From assembly GCA_043803805.1 (NCBI GenBank), contig JAZDJP010000084.1, positions 121,462-185,461 of the forward strand: 64,000 nucleotides of DNA, in the 5' to 3' direction. This stretch comes from Planctomycetota bacterium. Its GTDB lineage: Bacteria; Planctomycetota; JAZDJP01. Below, piece by piece: positions 33,802 to 44,424 of this stretch. Position 1 is the first letter of the stretch. Each line of letters begins with the position of its first letter. A program made the translations under genes and the position numbers. The notes beneath the pieces were generated by a model. It worked only from the letters and a program-made list of their open reading frames with translations. It was not told where the DNA came from and made no database searches.

Positions 33802-36477
33802 ATGAAGAAAGAAACGCGCATCACCGGCATCGTTCTGGCGGCCCTGTATTACGCCGTCATGTTCCCGAGCCCCGCCCATGCCGTGGTGCCGGTCCTTGTG
33901 GGACCTCTCCAGGCGTTGATGGCGCTGCTCCCGGCCATTCTCGCGGCGCTGGGGGGGATGCTCCTGGCCGTGTTCAAGCCGTCCGCCATGAAAAAGTTCC
34001 TTCAGCTCCTCTGGGCCCAGAAACTCCAGGTCCTGGCCACGGTGGCCGTCATTGCCGGGTTGGTATACGGGTGCCAGGCGCTCTTCCCCGGCTGGAGCGG
34101 GCCGGTGAAGGAACTGGAGAAGGCCGATCGCGAATCACCCATGTTCCGCGGCGGGCCGGAACGGCGGGGCGTGGCCGACAACATGCCCGGGCCCGTCGAG
34201 AGCAGCATCAACTGGGCCTTCACCAAGGACGTCCGGACGTTTTATTCCACCCCCTCCGTGGTCGGGAACCGGGTATACGCCACTTCCGCGGACAAGGGGC
34301 CGTTCCGGGACAGCGGGGCGGTGTACTGCCTGGACGCGGATACGGGAAACGTCGTGTGGAAGGTGTCTCCGAAGGGGTTCCGGGCCACGTTCTCCTCCCC
34401 GGCGGTATCGGGTAAATATCTGGTCTGCGGGGAGGGGCTTCATTTCACCCGGGATGCCCGCGTCTTCTGCCTGGACATCAGCGATGAGAAGAATGTCAAG
34501 ATCCTTTGGGATTACCGCACCAAGAGTCATGTGGAATCTTCCCCCTGCATCGCGGACGGGCGCGTTTACGTCGGGGCCGGAGATGACGGATATTATTGCT
34601 TCGACCTCGCTCCCGGGCCGGACGGCCAGGCGAAGGTTCTCTGGCATACGGATACGGCCAAGGTTCCCGACGCCGAGACCTGTCCGGCGGTGGCGGGCGG
34701 AAAGGTGTATGTGGGGCTCGGGGTGGGGGGCAACGGCGTGGCGTGTCTGGACGCGGCCACCGGCGCCGTGGCGTGGAAGGCGGCGACGCCCTATCCCGTG
34801 TTTGGCCCGCCGACCGTGGTGGGCGGAAAGGTCATCGTGGGGATGGGGCTGGCGAATTTCATCGAATCCGAGGAGCAGGTCATCCTCAAGGAGACGGAGA
34901 AGTTGAAGAAGAAGGGACTGCCCGAGGCCGAACTGAAGGCGGCCCTGAAGGAGTTCAAGGTCACCGGAGAAGTGTGGGCGCTGGACGCGGCCACGGGGAA
35001 TCCGGTCTGGAAATTCACGGCCCCCCGGAGCGTCCTGGGCGCGGTGGCGGCGGCGAATGACAAGTTGTTCTTCGGTTGTAATGACGGGTCGTTCTTCCGG
35101 CTGAACATGGATGGGAAGAAGGAACTCGCGTGGAACGCCCGCGCGCCCGTCCTCACGTGTCCGGCCGTCACGGATGACAACGTATATATCGTGACGACGA
35201 CGGGGAAACTCTACGGGTTGTCCGCCGACACGTTCGAACTGGTCCTGGAACACACGGTTGGCACGACGGGGTTGTTCCTGAGTTCGCCCACGGTCGGACG
35301 GAGCCACGTGTATGTCGGTTCCAGCGATTTCGGCCTGCAGTGCCTGGGGCTTCCCAGCGGCGTCCGGAAGGAGCCGGTGTGGGCCGGGCACATGGGCGGC
35401 GCGGGGGGCGCGGGATGGATTGATGGAAGTCCCCTCCCGGCCAGTGGCGTTCTGGCCGGCCGGTACCCCGAGGCCCCGGAAGGCGAAGAGACGGCTCCGG
35501 CCGCGGTCATCTCCGCGCCGTCGGCCGCCTCCAGGGACATGCTCTTCGTTCCCGTGGCGGACGGCGCCCGGAAGGGTCTCGCCGGCCTTGCCACCGGGAA
35601 AAAACTCGCCGAGAAGTGGTTCGTGGCGACGCCCAACGGCGTTTCGATATCCCCGGCGGCCGGGGGCGACCGCGTATACGTCACGGACGGCGGGAACGGC
35701 GACGGCAATCGGAATCTCCAGTGTCTGGATGCCGCGACCGGGAACGTCAAATGGAAGATTCCGGTGGCTCCGGGGGTGTCCGGCGCTTTCCTCCTGGCGG
35801 AGGACGTCGTTCTGGTGCAGGACAAGCCGGGCGTCCTGGTCGCGGTGGATGTCTCGGGGCAGGCGGCCTGGCGGCGGACCGTCGGGGAGATGATCGGCAC
35901 CGCGGCCGTCGCGGAGACGGTCATCGCGGTGGCGGTGAAGGATCCGCCGTCTCTGGCGCTTCTGGATCGCGTGACGGGCCGCGAACTCTGGCGCGTTCCG
36001 GTGGAGGCGGGTGTGACGACGGGGCCGGTCGTCCGCCCGGATAATGTCATTTGTGTCGGGACGAAGGCCGGCGTCGAGGCGCGGAATCCCGCCGACGGCG
36101 CGAAGGCCTGGACGGCCGATGTCGGGGCGGTGTCCGGGACGCTGGCGACCGCGCGGAACTTCATCGCCGGCGCCTGCCCGGGAACGTCGGACATCGCGAT
36201 CCTCGACGGAAACGGGAATATCCTCACCCGTCTCGCGGAGGCCCTGCCGGGGATGCCGCCGGTGATGGCCCGCGACGCCCTCCTGTATTTTTCCACAACG
36301 AAGGAGATCCGGCGGGTGGAGCTGGAAAAATGGAATCCTCTGATCTGGACGAAGACGGACTTCCTCGGCGAGGTCACGTCGCCGGCGGTCCTGGTGAATT
36401 CGCAGGTGTATTTCGGCGTCCGCCGTCAGGAGGATGGGAAAATCGGTCTCGTGGTCGAAAAGGGGAAAAAGCAATGA
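33802..36477 (+). CDS. Membrane-anchored protein with multiple PQQ-like beta-propeller repeats (BamB-like)
   Basis: MKKETRITGIVLAALYYAVMFPSPAHA plus a second hydrophobic segment, followed by many repeats of the G..VY.....G.....LDA.TG...W type characteristic of PQQ beta-propellers. About 890 aa. Confidence 0.6.
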   Translation: MKKETRITGIVLAALYYAVMFPSPAHAVVPVLVGPLQALMALLPAILAALGGMLLAVFKPSAMKKFLQLLWAQKLQVLATVAVIAGLVYGCQALFPGWSGPVKELEKADRESPMFRGGPERRGVADNMPGPVESSINWAFTKDVRTFYSTPSVVGNRVYATSADKGPFRDSGAVYCLDADTGNVVWKVSPKGFRATFSSPAVSGKYLVCGEGLHFTRDARVFCLDISDEKNVKILWDYRTKSHVESSPCIADGRVYVGAGDDGYYCFDLAPGPDGQAKVLWHTDTAKVPDAETCPAVAGGKVYVGLGVGGNGVACLDAATGAVAWKAATPYPVFGPPTVVGGKVIVGMGLANFIESEEQVILKETEKLKKKGLPEAELKAALKEFKVTGEVWALDAATGNPVWKFTAPRSVLGAVAAANDKLFFGCNDGSFFRLNMDGKKELAWNARAPVLTCPAVTDDNVYIVTTTGKLYGLSADTFELVLEHTVGTTGLFLSSPTVGRSHVYVGSSDFGLQCLGLPSGVRKEPVWAGHMGGAGGAGWIDGSPLPASGVLAGRYPEAPEGEETAPAAVISAPSAASRDMLFVPVADGARKGLAGLATGKKLAEKWFVATPNGVSISPAAGGDRVYVTDGGNGDGNRNLQCLDAATGNVKWKIPVAPGVSGAFLLAEDVVLVQDKPGVLVAVDVSGQAAWRRTVGEMIGTAAVAETVIAVAVKDPPSLALLDRVTGRELWRVPVEAGVTTGPVVRPDNVICVGTKAGVEARNPADGAKAWTADVGAVSGTLATARNFIAGACPGTSDIAILDGNGNILTRLAEALPGMPPVMARDALLYFSTTKEIRRVELEKWNPLIWTKTDFLGEVTSPAVLVNSQVYFGVRRQEDGKIGLVVEKGKKQ

Positions 36478-39290
36478 AGCGCTGGATTTATTTTTTCGGG
36501 GACGGCGCGCCGGAGATCGATTCCGGGCGGAAGGATATCCTGGGCGGGAAGGGCGCGAGCCTCGTCGAGATGAGCCACGCGGGCCTTCCGGTGCCGCCCG
36601 GGTTCATCATCTCCACCGAGGCCTGCCAGGCTTATTTCGAGGGCGGGAATCTCTGGCCGGAGGGGCTTGAGGCGGAGGTGAGGACGAATCTCGCGCGCCT
36701 GGAGAAGGTTACGGGCCAGCGCTTTGGGAGCGGGAAACAGCCGCTCTTTGTGTCCGTGCGTTCCGGCGCCGCGGTGTCCATGCCGGGCATGATGGACACG
36801 ATTCTCAATTGCGGCGTCTATCCCCGGATATGGTGCCCGGGGGCCGGCACGTGCGCCACCCACCCCTGCGCGATCCTCAACTGCGGCATCTATCCCAAGC
36901 TTGTGGAGGAGGTCGGCGACACGCCGATTTTCTGGAGGGTCTATCTCCAGTTCGTGGCGCAATTCGCAAAAACCGTTCACGAGATTCCCTCGGAATCGTT
37001 CATGCGACACGGAAGCGCGAAACCGGAGGATTTTTCGTTCGCCTCCGCCCAGCGCGCCCTTCGTCTCTACCGGGACAAGACGCGGTCGGATTTCCCCGAG
37101 GAGCCGTGGGCGGCGCTTGCCGCGTGCATCAACGCCGTCTTCAATTCCTGGAACAACGAACGGGCCATCGCCTACCGCAAGCGGAACGACATCCGGAAAC
37201 TCTTCGGAACGGCGGTCACGGTGCAGTCCATGTTCCCGTCGCACCTTTCGGGGATTCTTTTCACGCAGGATCCGAACAACCTGGCCGCCAACCGCATGAT
37301 CATCGAGGCCTCCTACGGCCTTGGGGAGGCGGTCGTTTCCGGCGATGTCACGCCGGACCGTTTTGTCGTGCCGCGCGACAATCCGGCCGTTTACGAGACG
37401 GTGCTGGGGAACAAAAACGCGCTCGTCCGGGCCTTTGGCGACGAGGACCCCGTGGATCCGGCGGTCCCGTGCCTTTCGAAGGAACAGGTTGCCCAGCTCT
37501 GCGAGGCCGGACTCAAAATCGAAAAACATTTCGGCCGGCCGCAGGACATCGAGTGGGGATTCGCGAGGGGGAAATTCGCGCTTCTCCAGTGCCGGTCCAT
37601 ACGCGGCCTGGATATTCTGGAGGACGTGGAGCGTGGACGGAAGGCGGAGATCGAACGCCTGACGGCTCTGGCGAAGGACCGCGCCCGCGTCTGGGTGACT
37701 CACAACCTCGGCGAGACCCTGCGGGTGCCCACGCCGCTCACCTGGGACATTGTGAAACACTTCATGAGCGGGGACGGCGGTTTCGGCCTCATGTACCGGC
37801 AGTTGGGGTACCTCCCATCCAGGGAAGTGTGTCGGGACGGGTTCCTCGATCTCGTGAACGGGCGCATTTACGCCGATCCGGAACGCCTTTCCCAGTTGTT
37901 CTGGGAGGGGATGCCGATGGCATACGACCTCGATGCGGTGCTCAAGGACAAAAATCTGCTCGATCAGGCGCCGTCGCGGTTTGACGCCGAACGGGCCGAC
38001 GGAAAGTTCCTGGCCAAACTGCCCAAGACGGTGATCGCCATGCTCCGGAGTTCCCGGATCACCAAGCGGATGCGGAGGAACGCGAAGGAATATTTTGAGA
38101 ATGAGGTTCTCCCCACGTATCTGGCCTACGTGAAAGCGAAGCGCGGGCAGGACCTGACGAAGAGGACCACCGCCGAAGTCGTGGCGGAACTTCGGGAACG
38201 GACGCGGAAGGCGCTGGATGAATTCGGCCCGGAGTCCCTCAAGCCCGGCTTTTTCGCCGGGGTGGCGTACGGCGCCGTCGAGGGGACGCTCATCGAGATC
38301 CTGGGCCCGGAGGAGGGTGGGGCTCTCGCGCGGACGCTCACGATGGGGCTCGATGGCGACACCACCGTTGAACAGAATCTGATCCTTTACCGGGTGGCGA
38401 AGGGGGACGCGACGATTTCCGAATTTCTGGAGCGGTTCGGCCACCGCGCGGTGGGGGAGATGGAACTTGCCGAATCGCGCTGGCGCGAGGATTCCACGTA
38501 CATCGAGCAGATGGTGGCCACCTTCAAGACCATCACGGGACGTTCCCCGCACGACATCCATGAGGAGAACTCCGTCAAGCGCGCCGTCGCCGAAAAATCG
38601 CTCCGTGAAGCGCTGACCCGGGGCGGGGGGGCGGCGCTTCTCGAGGATATTCAGGCGAATCTCAAGGACGCCCAGGCGCTCCTTCCGTATCGCGAAAGCG
38701 GCAAGCATTATCTCATGATGGGATACGAGGTCATCCGTCTCGCCATCCTGGAGTTGTCGCGGCGGTGGGACCTCGGCCGGGACGTTTTCTTCCTGCGCCT
38801 CGACGAGCTGGACCGTTACGAGGCCGAGAAGGCCCGTTTGTCGGGCGAGATCGCGGCGCGCAAGCTCCGGTGGCAGTCCGCCCAGCGTCTCGAGATGCCC
38901 GACGTCATCGACTCGCGAAATCTGGAAAAACTCGGTCTCCCCCAGGAGTACGCCTCGGCGACGGAATTCAAGGGGGATGCCGTGGCCTCCGGTGTCGGCG
39001 TCGGCCCGGCGGCCATCGTCTTCGACCCGCGGGAGGCGGGGGACATCGGGACGGGATATATTCTGGTTTGTCCCTCGACCGACCCCGGATGGACGGCCCT
39101 GTTCATCAACGCGCGGGGGTTGATTGTGGAACGCGGCGGGATCCTTTCCCATGGCGCCATCGTCGCCCGCGACTTCGGCATTCCCGCGGTGGTCCTGCCG
39201 GGGGCCACGAGCCGCATTCCGAAGAAGGCGCAGATCCGGGTGGATGGGAACCGCGGGAGTGTCACGGTGCTTGACGTGAAGCAATCCTAG
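36474..39290 (+). CDS. PEP-utilizing phosphotransferase (PPDK_N ATP-grasp plus C-terminal phosphohistidine swivel domain; PEP synthase / rifampicin-phosphotransferase-like architecture)
   Basis: Start ATG overlaps the upstream stop (ATGA). N-terminus GGKGASLVEMSHAGLPVPPGFIISTEA matches the PPDK N-terminal motif. C-terminus VLVCPSTDPGWTALFINARGLIVERGGILSHGAIVARDFGIPAVV matches the PEP-utilizers mobile domain with the catalytic His. The track ORF 36051..39290 is over-extended. Confidence 0.7.
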   Translation: MKRWIYFFGDGAPEIDSGRKDILGGKGASLVEMSHAGLPVPPGFIISTEACQAYFEGGNLWPEGLEAEVRTNLARLEKVTGQRFGSGKQPLFVSVRSGAAVSMPGMMDTILNCGVYPRIWCPGAGTCATHPCAILNCGIYPKLVEEVGDTPIFWRVYLQFVAQFAKTVHEIPSESFMRHGSAKPEDFSFASAQRALRLYRDKTRSDFPEEPWAALAACINAVFNSWNNERAIAYRKRNDIRKLFGTAVTVQSMFPSHLSGILFTQDPNNLAANRMIIEASYGLGEAVVSGDVTPDRFVVPRDNPAVYETVLGNKNALVRAFGDEDPVDPAVPCLSKEQVAQLCEAGLKIEKHFGRPQDIEWGFARGKFALLQCRSIRGLDILEDVERGRKAEIERLTALAKDRARVWVTHNLGETLRVPTPLTWDIVKHFMSGDGGFGLMYRQLGYLPSREVCRDGFLDLVNGRIYADPERLSQLFWEGMPMAYDLDAVLKDKNLLDQAPSRFDAERADGKFLAKLPKTVIAMLRSSRITKRMRRNAKEYFENEVLPTYLAYVKAKRGQDLTKRTTAEVVAELRERTRKALDEFGPESLKPGFFAGVAYGAVEGTLIEILGPEEGGALARTLTMGLDGDTTVEQNLILYRVAKGDATISEFLERFGHRAVGEMELAESRWREDSTYIEQMVATFKTITGRSPHDIHEENSVKRAVAEKSLREALTRGGGAALLEDIQANLKDAQALLPYRESGKHYLMMGYEVIRLAILELSRRWDLGRDVFFLRLDELDRYEAEKARLSGEIAARKLRWQSAQRLEMPDVIDSRNLEKLGLPQEYASATEFKGDAVASGVGVGPAAIVFDPREAGDIGTGYILVCPSTDPGWTALFINARGLIVERGGILSHGAIVARDFGIPAVVLPGATSRIPKKAQIRVDGNRGSVTVLDVKQS

Positions 39291-39302
39291 GAGAGAGCGA
39301 AC

Positions 39303-40169
39303 ATGGAAGTCCTGAACTGGCTGAATCAGATGGTCCTGGATCTGATGGATCCCGTCCTCGGGTGGATGCTGGCGCTGCACCGGGACGTCATCATCATCGC
39401 CATCGGGGTGGTGACGGGAGCGATCCTGGTCGCGGTTCGGTTGTTTTCCACGAATCAGGATCTTCTCAAGCGGGTCTTCGAGGACAAGAAGCGTCTCGGC
39501 GCGCTCATCAAGGAAGCCAAGGCCGGGAAGGACAAGGCCGCCCTTCAGCGCCACCGGAATGTGAATGGCTCGATCGCCATGAAAGCCATGATGCAGGAGG
39601 GCTGGCCGCTTCTGGCGTCACTCCTTCCGATCGCGCTTCTGGGGACGTGGGCGTTCCAACGGCTCGAGTTCCATCCGCCCGGGGCGGGGGAGCTCGTGGA
39701 GGTCGTTGCGTACTACCCGGTTTCCGCCGTGGAGACCGTGATTCACATCGTTCCGCAGGAAGGGCTGGTTCCCGAAGGCGGCTGGGTCCGGCAACTGAAG
39801 GAAGTCACGGATCAAGGGCAGGTGTATGCCGAGGCCACCTGGAAAATCAAGGCCGATCCGCGGCCCAAGCCCTACGTTTTGGAATTCCGTCACAAGGCCG
39901 GGACGGTGTCGAACACGGTGCTCGTGGGGCAGAGGACGTACGAGCCGGCGATCACGGATTGCGGGAAGGAACGGATCCTCGAAGTCCGGATGAAACCCGT
40001 GAAGATGTTCGGATTTATCCCGGCCCTTCCTCCCCCTCCGCCGCTCCTGCCGGTCGGATTCTTTCAATATTGGCCGGCGGTGCTTGTCCTTCCGCCCTGG
40101 CTGGTGGGGTATTTTATCGTCGCCATACCTTCCGTAAGCCTTTTCAAAAAGGTGTTCGGCATTTATTGA
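39303..40169 (+). CDS. Hypothetical membrane protein (3 TM segments, Lys-rich coiled region, PPPPP tract)
   Basis: 288 aa. Starts 12 bp after the PEP-utilizing gene, which suggests operon membership. No confident family assignment. Confidence 0.45.
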   Translation: MEVLNWLNQMVLDLMDPVLGWMLALHRDVIIIAIGVVTGAILVAVRLFSTNQDLLKRVFEDKKRLGALIKEAKAGKDKAALQRHRNVNGSIAMKAMMQEGWPLLASLLPIALLGTWAFQRLEFHPPGAGELVEVVAYYPVSAVETVIHIVPQEGLVPEGGWVRQLKEVTDQGQVYAEATWKIKADPRPKPYVLEFRHKAGTVSNTVLVGQRTYEPAITDCGKERILEVRMKPVKMFGFIPALPPPPPLLPVGFFQYWPAVLVLPPWLVGYFIVAIPSVSLFKKVFGIY

Positions 40170-40179
40170 CCGGAAGGTG

Positions 40180-42432
40180 TTATTCCAGCACCAGCGTCCC
40201 CAGTTTGTCCTCGGGCGATTTTGATTCGTATGTGACGCCCCACGCCGAAATCTCGCTTCCGTAACGCGCCGGGGGATTCCTGCCGGGGGAGGTCTCCATT
40301 CGGAAGACGTTGAGTCCGAGTTTCGTTCCCGTTGGCGGCGCGGCGTCAAATCCGAGATCGGCCCACGGGATGCGGATTTCGGCCGTCCATTTTTTGCCGT
40401 TTGCGTTCTTCCGTGTCGCCGCCGTCCATGCGCCGTTCCATGACGGGTCCCGGTTCCGGGCGTCATGGAGAATGCCGATGCCGGTCACCACAAAACTCCG
40501 GAAATCCTTCCCGTCGGGGGTTTGGGATATCAGCAGATTCAGGTGTTCGTCCTGGAGACACTCCTTCGAATCGCGCGCCTCGGCCCTGGCGCGGCCGACG
40601 TTGGCGTTGTCGTCGGCGCAATCGGCGGCGAAATAGAGGCCGTCGGGCCCCCGGAGGACCTGTACGGTTGTGGGGACATCGGGTGGCGTGCCATCGTAAT
40701 CCATCGTGAAGGCACCCAGCGTGGCCGCGGCGCTCCAGACGGCATCCGTGAGGCTCCCGTTCACACGCGGGGCGGTCCCGGCGGGGGCGAAGACTCCGGG
40801 GGCGGCGTACACCCGGATATGCCGCCGATGGCGGAAGATCCTCTGACCCCCGGGATCCACCGCGAATAAAAGGGCGGGCACGGGGAAGGGGGCGCCGCCC
40901 GCGGGGAGGCGCACCCGGAACGAAAATTTTGCCTCCTTGCCGGGCGCAACCGTGAAATCCGTCGCCGGCGGATCGAAGGTCCATCCCGGCGGGGCGGGTT
41001 CCCAAACGGCTTTCCCGGAAAGGGTCCGCGGCGTGAGGTTGGGGTACACCGCCTCGACGGTCGCGTCAATGGGATCGTCAGGCGATTCCCGTTTCACGGA
41101 CATGAATTTCGTTTTCTCCCAAAGGACGTTCCGGGCGATATCCCGTGTGAGCGTGTCGGCCACCTCGGCCTTCGTGATCGTATCCGGAAGGGGGCCTTTG
41201 CGGGGGATGGTGAACGTGTCGAGCGTCACCCCGTCGGGGGTGACGGCCCGGGCCTCTATTTTTTGAGCGGAAACGTCCACGACGACGTGGTGGAGTCCCT
41301 TCGACTTCACGGCGACAAACGGCAGTTCCGGCAGGGGGGCCTCCGGCGCTCCGCCCCGGGCGGAAATCACGTAGGTGATGCCTCGCGCCCCGGCCTCGGG
41401 CGCGATGGGTTTCAGCCGCGCATAGTAGTGATTGTGGCCGCAGAAGGCGATATCGGGGGTCAGGCGTTCGAGGAGCGGTGCGAGGTTGATGTAAAGGGGG
41501 ATGAGCAAGGATCCCGGAGTTCCGCTCGGATGCGGAACGTGGGGCGGCACGTGCATCTGGGCGATGAGCCAGTTTTTTCGGGGACGGGCGATCTCCTCCT
41601 CGAGCCATTTCGTCTGGGCGCTTTTCCCGTCGAATTTATCATAACTGTCGAGGGTGAGGATTCTTACGGGTCCGGCGTCCGCGGCATGGTAGAACGTCTC
41701 GCCCGGGAGGTCGAAGAGTTTCCGCAGGGTTGGGGAGTGCTCTTCATGGTTCCCGAGGGCAGGGAGGATGGGGACGTGGGCGGCGAGAGCCCGCGCCGGG
41801 CCGAAATATTCCGTGTCCCACAGGGCATCAATGGTGCCTTGCGAAACGAGGTCGCCCGAAATGAGGACCAGACGCGGCCGGTCCCGGAGAATGGCATCGG
41901 CCACGGCCTTGTGGTCGTCGGGGTTGGATCGGGTGTCGCCGTACACCACCATCCGGAACGGGCGGCTCTCGTCCCCATCCCGGGGCATCGTCATGAAGGT
42001 GAAGGGGCCCGCGGTCGTTCCGGCGACGGACACGGTGTACCGGCAGACGGTGTCGGCCGGGAGCGACGAGATACGGATGAAAAAGGAGTCCCGCTCCGGA
42101 ATGAATTTCCCGCGGCCCTCGACCGGTTTTCCACCCTCGGGCGATACCCGTACGATGACCTCGGTTCCCAGGAGGGCCGGCACGGGTTTCCCGAGGAAAC
42201 TCGCCCCGTCCGCGGTGACCCGTTGGATGACCGGGCCGCGGTCCAGAAGGGTTTTCGCGGCCTCCACGGCGGCCATGTTGGCCGGCGGGGGCAACGGGAT
42301 GACGGGTTCTCCGGCCCGGGCCCATCCGGACGCAATCAACAGCAGCGCAATGGAGGGGGATCGGAGGAACAATAATCGTGGGGACGTGTTCACGCGCGGT
42401 CCTCCGGTCTCATGGGATTGGCGGATCCACAA
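40180..42432 (-). CDS. Secreted calcineurin-like metallophosphoesterase (purple-acid-phosphatase-like) with extra N- and C-terminal domains
   Basis: Signal-like N-terminus. Phosphoesterase motifs VVYGDTRSN, LISGDLVSQG, ALGNHE and CGHNHYY (GHxH). 750 aa. Confidence 0.65.
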   Translation of the reverse strand: MWIRQSHETGGPRVNTSPRLLFLRSPSIALLLIASGWARAGEPVIPLPPPANMAAVEAAKTLLDRGPVIQRVTADGASFLGKPVPALLGTEVIVRVSPEGGKPVEGRGKFIPERDSFFIRISSLPADTVCRYTVSVAGTTAGPFTFMTMPRDGDESRPFRMVVYGDTRSNPDDHKAVADAILRDRPRLVLISGDLVSQGTIDALWDTEYFGPARALAAHVPILPALGNHEEHSPTLRKLFDLPGETFYHAADAGPVRILTLDSYDKFDGKSAQTKWLEEEIARPRKNWLIAQMHVPPHVPHPSGTPGSLLIPLYINLAPLLERLTPDIAFCGHNHYYARLKPIAPEAGARGITYVISARGGAPEAPLPELPFVAVKSKGLHHVVVDVSAQKIEARAVTPDGVTLDTFTIPRKGPLPDTITKAEVADTLTRDIARNVLWEKTKFMSVKRESPDDPIDATVEAVYPNLTPRTLSGKAVWEPAPPGWTFDPPATDFTVAPGKEAKFSFRVRLPAGGAPFPVPALLFAVDPGGQRIFRHRRHIRVYAAPGVFAPAGTAPRVNGSLTDAVWSAAATLGAFTMDYDGTPPDVPTTVQVLRGPDGLYFAADCADDNANVGRARAEARDSKECLQDEHLNLLISQTPDGKDFRSFVVTGIGILHDARNRDPSWNGAWTAATRKNANGKKWTAEIRIPWADLGFDAAPPTGTKLGLNVFRMETSPGRNPPARYGSEISAWGVTYESKSPEDKLGTLVLE

Positions 42433-43261
42433 TCCGGCGTTTCCGCATCTCCTCGAGGAGTTGCTGCAGGAGGACGCCGTTGGCGTTGTCTCCGGAATCC
42501 GCGTAGGCCCTCGAAAGATTTCGCAGGACCCGTTCCATGATCGCCGCGGCGGGGACCGCGCTTCGCAGAACGCCCCGCGGGCCGCCCGGGAGGGCGGGGT
42601 TCATGGCGAGGATGTCGCTCTCGGTCAGGAACCGTCCGCCCTCGTAGCCGTCCACAAGGTACATATCCTTCCCGACGTATACCCGCGCGAGGAAATGGCC
42701 GGGATAGTTGCATCCCTCGATGGCCATGTTGAGCCGGTGGCCGACGAGTATGAAAATGGAGGCCAGGCTGATGGGAAGCCCCGCGCCTTCCTCGATGACG
42801 TACACCAGGTTGCTCAAGTGGGGGTTCTTCAGGTCCGTCCGCGCGCCCCGGAGGCGTTGCGCCTTGAACAGGAAATTCGACAGGCTGAAGGGATCCTGCT
42901 TCACGTGGTGGTCGGTGTATTGGGCGGCGAGCAGGTCAAGGAGGTCTTTCAGTTTCGCCGGATAATGGCGGCCGTTCTGGAAGTCGGCGATGAGGGCGTG
43001 GGCGGCCTCCAGTTTCTCGTTTTCGTAGGGGATGTCGAGCCAGGCGAGCCAGTTCTTCCGGAGCCATGTCCGGCTGTGTTCCTCGAGAATGTCCTGGAGG
43101 CGCGCCTTTTGGGCGGGGGTGGGGCTTTCCGGGAGCCGGACGATCTCGTCCTCGAGGGATGGGCCGAAGGCGCGCAATTCCGCCACGATGCGTTTCCGGA
43201 TCATCGGCGAATCGTCGTCGAGGAGTTTGATGAGGTAGGGGAGTTGGCGGGGATCAGGCAT
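42410..43261 (-). CDS. Transglutaminase-like (SirB1/UPF0162-type) protein
   Basis: 283 aa with the CNYPGHFLARVYVGKDMYLVDGYEGG block typical of transglutaminase-like cysteine-protease-fold proteins with TPR-like tails. Confidence 0.45.
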   Translation of the reverse strand: MPDPRQLPYLIKLLDDDSPMIRKRIVAELRAFGPSLEDEIVRLPESPTPAQKARLQDILEEHSRTWLRKNWLAWLDIPYENEKLEAAHALIADFQNGRHYPAKLKDLLDLLAAQYTDHHVKQDPFSLSNFLFKAQRLRGARTDLKNPHLSNLVYVIEEGAGLPISLASIFILVGHRLNMAIEGCNYPGHFLARVYVGKDMYLVDGYEGGRFLTESDILAMNPALPGGPRGVLRSAVPAAAIMERVLRNLSRAYADSGDNANGVLLQQLLEEMRKRRIVDPPIP

Positions 43262-43359
43262 GCGTTCCGATTATAGGGGGCGCATGAAGTCAATCAAGCG
43301 CCACGTCGTGTGTTTTCGATTGCCTTGCGTCGCCGCTCACGGCAAGATGGCTGAAAGTT

Positions 43360-44105
<746 letters not shown>

Positions 44106-44112
44106 ACAAAAA

Positions 44113-44136
44113 CCGCCCGAGAGGGCGGTTTTTTTA
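44113..44136 (+). terminator. Rho-independent terminator after tRNA-fMet
   Basis: ccgccc-gaga-gggcgg hairpin followed by a run of 7-8 T. Confidence 0.7.
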
Positions 44137-44203
44137 TTGATTGACTCGACCGTCAGGATTTTTACGATAGCCAGCGCTTTCGGTTGACGAAGAAGATGTG
44201 TTC

Positions 44204-44276
44204 GGGCAGGTAGCTCAGTTGGTAGAGCATGGCACTGAAAATGCCGGGGTCGGCGGTTCAACTCCGCCCCTGCCCA
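44204..44276 (+). tRNA. tRNA-Phe (anticodon GAA)
   Basis: GGGCAGGTAGCTCAGTTGGTAGAGCATGGCACTGAAAATGCC...GGTTCAACTCCGCCCCTGCCCA forms a cloverleaf with anticodon loop CTGAAAA. CCA is not encoded. Confidence 0.8.
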
Positions 44277-44424
44277 TATGGAAACGATTCCGGGTGTTTT
44301 CCGGCTGATCCCCGGTATTTCCTTGTTCGTAACCCTGCACGTCGAGATCGTTATCGGGATTCCCAACGTCTTGCATTGGCGGATTCTGGCGATATACTGA
44401 TTTAATCGCGACTGCGGTGATTTC

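Noticed and set aside
34135-39554. Two very long minus-strand ORFs (34135..36474, 36426..39554) opposite the PQQ-propeller and PEP-utilizing genes
   Set aside because: Shadow ORFs with biased composition. The plus-strand frames carry canonical PPDK_N and PEP-utilizers motifs and overlapping start/stop codons.
41263-43276. Plus-strand ORFs 41263..42375 and 41768..43276 opposite the phosphoesterase and transglutaminase-like genes
   Set aside because: Shadow ORFs. The minus-strand products have metallophosphoesterase motifs (GDTR, GDLV, GNHE, GHNH).
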